The position numbers were made by a program, and so were the translations under genes. Of a stretch of 37,500 bases of DNA, positions 33,451-37,500 are shown one piece after another. The number at the start of each line of letters is the position of its first letter. Position 1 is the first letter of the stretch. Source of the DNA: Patescibacteria group bacterium (lineage in GTDB: Bacteria > Patescibacteriota > Patescibacteriia > Patescibacteriales > JAQTRU01); assembly GCA_041648955.1 (NCBI GenBank), contig JBAZOD010000002.1, positions 1 to 37,500 on the forward strand. The letters are read 5' to 3'. The notes beneath the pieces were generated by a model. That model was given only the letters and a program-made list of their open reading frames with translations, did not search any database and had not been told where the DNA came from.

Positions 33451-34437
33451 TTAAATTATCTCCCAGCTCTCTCCGTCTCTTTTTAATTTCCCTTCCAAAA
33501 CAAACCCTGAGGCCTTTTTATGACCTCCTCCTCCTAGAGCTACAGCCAGTGCGGAAACATCTGCACTGGAGTGAGCGCTGCGCAAACTTCCTTTTAAACG
33601 CCCGTCCTCTATCTCTCGCAAAAACAATACTCCATTCACGCCGTAAAGATTGCTTAAAAATCCAGAGATAGAATCAAAAATATCATCATTGCCCCCATTT
33701 TTTTCAACTTCATCCAGAGTCAAAACAGAAAAAGCAAAATTATATTTTTTGTTTATTTTCAAACCGCTCAGGGCCATTCCCCATAACTTCATCGCTGCCA
33801 AACTTTTATTATGCACTGTATTTTTAACTATCTGCGGAAATTTAGCACCGTGAAGAAGCATTTCGGAAGCAATACTCATTGTTTCCTCGGATGTCATCGG
33901 ATAAAGAAAGTTTCCCGAATCAGTCAAAATTCCTGTCAAAAGACAATTAGCGATATTTTTTGTTATCTTAATCTTGTTGGCTTTAAAAAAATAATATAAA
34001 ATTTCTGCTGTTGCTGCTGCTTCTGATTTTCTTATTTCCAAATCAGAATATTTTTTTATCATTGGATGATGATCAAATTCAATCACAAATTGTCCCGCCT
34101 GTCTTTTTTCTATCTCTTCAGCCAAACCCGTCCTTTCCAAGCTGCCGCAGTCAAGAGTAATAATTAAATCAAAATCATGAAAATTTAACTTTTTATTTTC
34201 GCCGGAAATTTTAAAAATATTTTCAAAAATAATTTTTTCTATGTGCGGCAAAAAAGAAAAATGATTGATCGGCTGTCCCTGACAAAAAGCCGTATATTTC
34301 TTGCCGTAATTTTCAAATAAATCAATCATAGCACAAAGCGAAGCAACCGCATCTCCATCCGGACGTTCGTGCGCCACCAAAAGAATATTTTTTGCTTTGC
34401 TGATTTTTCCAAAGGCTTCTTTAAATTTTTCCTTCAT
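33451..34437 (-). CDS. DHH/DHHA1 phosphoesterase (NrnA-like nanoRNase/pAp phosphatase)
   Basis: ILLVAHERPDGDAVAS, ITLDCG, EFDHHP, GILTDSG, GGGGHKKASGF. Start placed at MKEKFKEAF (34437), preceded by ggggatagag. The ORF track extends to 34509. Confidence 0.85.
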   Translation of the reverse strand: MKEKFKEAFGKISKAKNILLVAHERPDGDAVASLCAMIDLFENYGKKYTAFCQGQPINHFSFLPHIEKIIFENIFKISGENKKLNFHDFDLIITLDCGSLERTGLAEEIEKRQAGQFVIEFDHHPMIKKYSDLEIRKSEAAATAEILYYFFKANKIKITKNIANCLLTGILTDSGNFLYPMTSEETMSIASEMLLHGAKFPQIVKNTVHNKSLAAMKLWGMALSGLKINKKYNFAFSVLTLDEVEKNGGNDDIFDSISGFLSNLYGVNGVLFLREIEDGRLKGSLRSAHSSADVSALAVALGGGGHKKASGFVLEGKLKRDGESWEII

Positions 34438-34553
34438 CTCTATCCCCATGAAATTTTTAATATTTAAATAAGAATATATTAGTATAACAAAAAAGAACCC
34501 AGAAAGCAATAATAGCTATGGGCTCTAATTTTATCTATTTTTTTAATTTTTTA

Positions 34554-34889
34554 TTAATTGCTTTCTTTAATTTTTTCTATCAAATCCTCAATGGCGCTCG
34601 CTTTGGCCTCAGTATCATCAATTTCCCATTGGAAATGAGGAATTCTTCGCAAACGTGTTTTTTTTCTTAAAACTTGAGCGAAAACTCCTGATTTTTGCCG
34701 AAGATTTTTCAAAGCTGTACCGGCTAAATTATGAGGTAAAACAGAAATTCCAATTTTGGCAAAATTGAAATCCGGAGAACATTCAACAAAACTTATGGTA
34801 ATCAAACCATTTTCCAAACAAGCCTCTCTATTTATTGAATCGGCTAATTCTCTTTTTATCAATTCATTTACTTGCTCTGGTTTAGACAT
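34554..34889 (-). CDS. rbfA: Ribosome-binding factor A
   Basis: RELADSINRE...ITISFVECSPDFNFAKIGISV...LRKKTRLRRIPHFQWEID. It is directly downstream of infB. Confidence 0.85.
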   Translation of the reverse strand: MSKPEQVNELIKRELADSINREACLENGLITISFVECSPDFNFAKIGISVLPHNLAGTALKNLRQKSGVFAQVLRKKTRLRRIPHFQWEIDDTEAKASAIEDLIEKIKESN

Positions 34890-34896
34890 AAAAATT

Positions 34897-36876
34897 TTAT
34901 ATTTGCCCTTTTGTTTCCTCTAATTTGAAAAAAACTAAAATATCACCCTCTTTTATCACCGGCTTACCCGCGTATTGTAACCCGCATTCCTGATTCTCCT
35001 CAACCGAATTAACATCTTGTTTGTTTAATTGCAGTTTTGTTACTTTTCCTTTTTCAATTATTTCACCATCGCGAGTTATTTCCACTAAACTATCTGACTC
35101 TATTTTTCCGTCCAAAACTTTACCGCCAATAATCTGTTCACTGTCCTTTGTTCGAAAAACTGTCAGCACTTTCAACCTGCCCAAATCCACTCGCTTCATC
35201 TCCATCTCAACAAGTTTTTGCATTTCCTCTTTTATATAATTAATTAAATCGTAAATTATAGTAAATACCTTCACCTTTGCTCCCTTTTCTCTAATTAAAT
35301 TTTCTATCGCCGGAGTAATTTTTACATTAAAGCCAATTACTTGAGCATCGCTATCTTCTGCTTTTTTTATATCCCCCTCGGTGATATTCCCCAGACCTTT
35401 GCTAAGAATTTTTACCTTGATGCGATCCCCGCTTATTTTAGCCAGAGACTCTTCAATAGCTTCCGCTGAACCAAGAACATCACTTTTTATAATTAGGTTT
35501 ACTTTTTTCGCCCGATCATCGCCGTTGCCTGTTTGTTGAGTGGCGCTAATATTTCCGCGTCTCGCTTTAGCTTCTAAGGAATGAACATTTTTTATCCTCT
35601 CTCCTTCCCCAACTTCTAAGACATCTCCAACAGCTGGTGATATTTTCAAACCCAAAACTCTAGCGGGAGTTGACGGTCCGGCTTTATCTATATTTTCTCC
35701 TTTATAATTTTTTAATGCCCGCACCTTGCCATAAATATTTCCATTAAAACACAAAGTATCACCTACGTGTAAAGTCCCATTTTGAATTAAGACAGTGGCT
35801 ACTGGCCCTGCGCCCTTATCTATATGAGATTCAACCACTGTACCAGCCGCTGATGAATCAGGATTTGCCTTTATATTGTCCGCTTCCATTTCTGATGTCA
35901 GCAAGATCATGTCCAATAATTCCTCTACTCCTTTTCCAGTCTTAGCCGAAACTAAAGCGCAAATAGTTTTTCCTCCCCAATCTTCCGGGGTGATATTTAA
36001 TTGAGTTGATAATTCTTGTTTAGTTTTATTGACATCAGCGTCTTCTTTGTCAATTTTATTTATCACCACTATAAAAGGAATCTTGGCGGCTTCAATGATT
36101 CTAAAGGCCTCAACTGTTTGCGGCTTCACTCCATCATCAGCCGCTACCACTAAGATAGCAATGTCCGCTACTCTGGCACCGCGACTACGCATAGCAGTAA
36201 AGGCTTCATGCCCGGGAGTATCAATAAAAGTAATGGTCTTGTCTTTTCTTGTCACTTGATAGGCTCCTATGTGCTGAGTTATGCCTCCCGCTTCTCCGGC
36301 CACAACGTCAGTTGTTCTAATGGCATCCAATAACTTTGTTTTTCCATGATCAACATGTCCCATTACAACAATAACTGGGGGACGGTTCTGCAAATTGCCT
36401 TTTTCCTCTCTCCCCAATATCTCACCCAGTTTCACGGTTCCGCCTTCTTGTTCTTCTGACTGGCGATCATCAAATTTTACTTCCAACCCCAAATCTGAAC
36501 CAATAATAGAGGCGGTGTCGAAATCTATTTTTTCATTCATGGAAGAAAAAATTCCGTTTTTCATTAATTCTGCCAAAATTTTATTTACCGGCAATCCAGA
36601 CATATCAGCAAAATCACGAACAATTATAAAATGAGGGACTGACACAATCTTTTTTTCCGGAGCTGTACCTAATTCGTTTTGTCTTTCCTCTATTTCTGAT
36701 TTTTTTTGTTTTTCTAATTGGCGAATTAGATTCGGCCATTCTTTTATGATTTTTTGAGCGGTTCTATTGTCAATTTTTATAGCTTTTTGCCCAATATGAA
36801 AACCAATCTGCGGTAAAGTATCACGCAAATCCTGAGGAGTAACTTTTAAAATTCTGGCGAGTTCTGTTAAATTCAT
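34897..36876 (-). CDS. infB: Translation initiation factor IF-2
   Basis: [29 protein letters not shown] and NKIDK GTPase motifs, plus the IF-2 C-terminal domains. Confidence 0.95.
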   Translation of the reverse strand: MNLTELARILKVTPQDLRDTLPQIGFHIGQKAIKIDNRTAQKIIKEWPNLIRQLEKQKKSEIEERQNELGTAPEKKIVSVPHFIIVRDFADMSGLPVNKILAELMKNGIFSSMNEKIDFDTASIIGSDLGLEVKFDDRQSEEQEGGTVKLGEILGREEKGNLQNRPPVIVVMGHVDHGKTKLLDAIRTTDVVAGEAGGITQHIGAYQVTRKDKTITFIDTPGHEAFTAMRSRGARVADIAILVVAADDGVKPQTVEAFRIIEAAKIPFIVVINKIDKEDADVNKTKQELSTQLNITPEDWGGKTICALVSAKTGKGVEELLDMILLTSEMEADNIKANPDSSAAGTVVESHIDKGAGPVATVLIQNGTLHVGDTLCFNGNIYGKVRALKNYKGENIDKAGPSTPARVLGLKISPAVGDVLEVGEGERIKNVHSLEAKARRGNISATQQTGNGDDRAKKVNLIIKSDVLGSAEAIEESLAKISGDRIKVKILSKGLGNITEGDIKKAEDSDAQVIGFNVKITPAIENLIREKGAKVKVFTIIYDLINYIKEEMQKLVEMEMKRVDLGRLKVLTVFRTKDSEQIIGGKVLDGKIESDSLVEITRDGEIIEKGKVTKLQLNKQDVNSVEENQECGLQYAGKPVIKEGDILVFFKLEETKGQI

Positions 36877-37025
36877 AATCTTAAAAAGGGCTTTTGGCCC
36901 AAAAAATCATTAAGAGAGTATTTATTATTTATTTAACTTTACAATATTTTTCTTAAATAGTCAACAATAATCCCATAAATAACAAGGGCGGGAATATCTC
37001 CCACCCTTGTTGTTTTTTTTAAAAT

Positions 37026-37298
37026 TTATTTTTTCTCATCCCAATATTTTTCTGCTCTTTCCTCCATCTCAGCCAATCTAGTGTAATAATCAGGAAATTC
37101 ATTCAGATGAGCTAAAGCAATTTTCCCAGTCATAAGCGGATCATCGTTAGTAACATTTGTTTTCGCATCAACTAAACCATGTTCTAATTCCACATCCATG
37201 CCCATCCGAAACTGTTCCACATTGAACCGGCTCCAATCAATTCCTAGAGATTCGCCGATTCTTTTTGCTTCTTCGCTTGTAAATTTTTTGTTTGCCAT
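37026..37298 (-). CDS. Small conserved protein, DUF5661-like
   Basis: EEAKRIGESLGIDWSRF..EQFRMGMDVELEHG...TNVTNDD...KIALAHLNEFPDYYTRLAEME matches my recollection of that family. The name is low-certainty. Confidence 0.6.
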   Translation of the reverse strand: MANKKFTSEEAKRIGESLGIDWSRFNVEQFRMGMDVELEHGLVDAKTNVTNDDPLMTGKIALAHLNEFPDYYTRLAEMEERAEKYWDEKK

Positions 37299-37344
37299 AA
37301 TATTAAAATAAAAAATTAATTTAAAGTGACAAATCAGCTCTTAT

Positions 37345-37475
37345 TGTCATTCTGAGTCCCGACGCTTCGGGACGAAGCCTGCCTGCCGGCAGGCAGGAAT
37401 CCCAAAAACAACGAGCTGTTCGTAAATAATAATAACCATAACGCCACGGGATCCTTCGCTTCGCTCAGGATGACA
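37345..37475. repeat. Composite GC-rich palindromic element (about 131 bp)
   Basis: Outer arms tgtcattctgag (37345-37356) and ctcaggatgaca (37464-37475). Inner arms atccc/gggat. Internal hairpin gtcccga-cgct-tcgggac (37356-37373). Perfect 20-bp palindrome cctgcctgccggcaggcagg (37378-37397). Confidence 0.6.
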
Positions 37476-37500
37476 GAATCAATTTATTCTGCTAGCTCTC

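Noticed and set aside
35021-36634. Three plus-strand ORFs (35021.., 36029.., 36395..) inside infB
   Set aside because: They are antisense shadows of a gene with unmistakable IF-2 GTPase motifs.
1-37500. CRISPR arrays, rRNA genes, IS transposases and phage structural or conjugation genes
   Set aside because: A scan by eye found no regularly spaced direct repeats of 25-40 bp, no rRNA-like conserved stretches, no DDE or HUH transposase motifs, and no capsid, terminase, portal or relaxase-like translations in the ORF track.

Overview
AT-rich bacterial window. The compact genes, ribosomal proteins with low-complexity tails and a tRNA without encoded CCA suggest a CPR/Patescibacteria-like genome, but that is inference. 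All domain calls come from motifs read by eye in the supplied translations; no searches were run. There are three parts. (1) About 107-15723 is a roughly 15.6 kb, visibly more AT-rich integrative island inserted at the 3' end of tRNA-Asp(GTC). It carries a large serine integrase at the junction and a 10-bp direct repeat (cgctccgcag) at both ends. Its cargo is a restriction-modification module with two beta-class DNA methyltransferases and an internally duplicated endonuclease candidate, a secreted thermonuclease-Excalibur lipoprotein, a DUF2958-like protein, a second small serine recombinase, a membrane-anchored DUF2726-like protein, and a 1227-aa HNH / TPR-like / PIN-like protein. The island also holds several families of short repeats that look like recombination or operator sites, and two ORF-free structured regions. 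(2) Core translation and RNA-metabolism genes: rpsO, an NYN-domain protein, pnp, rpsP, a KH protein, trmD, a DHH/NrnA-like protein, rbfA and infB. (3) Embedded in the core at 19.2-30.7 kb is an accessory cluster that I rank as the most interesting. It has a stand-alone PEP-synthase-type ATP-grasp domain gene, five tandem paralogues (477-523 aa) that carry only a C-terminal phosphohistidine swivel domain behind a shared unrecognised N-terminal region, and a degenerate aspartate/ornithine-transcarbamylase-like gene. The cluster is split by a two-gene plus-strand insert, one gene of which (an M20 amidohydrolase) has a core of about 60-70% GC against a roughly 30-40% background. No CRISPR array, rRNA or transposase was seen.
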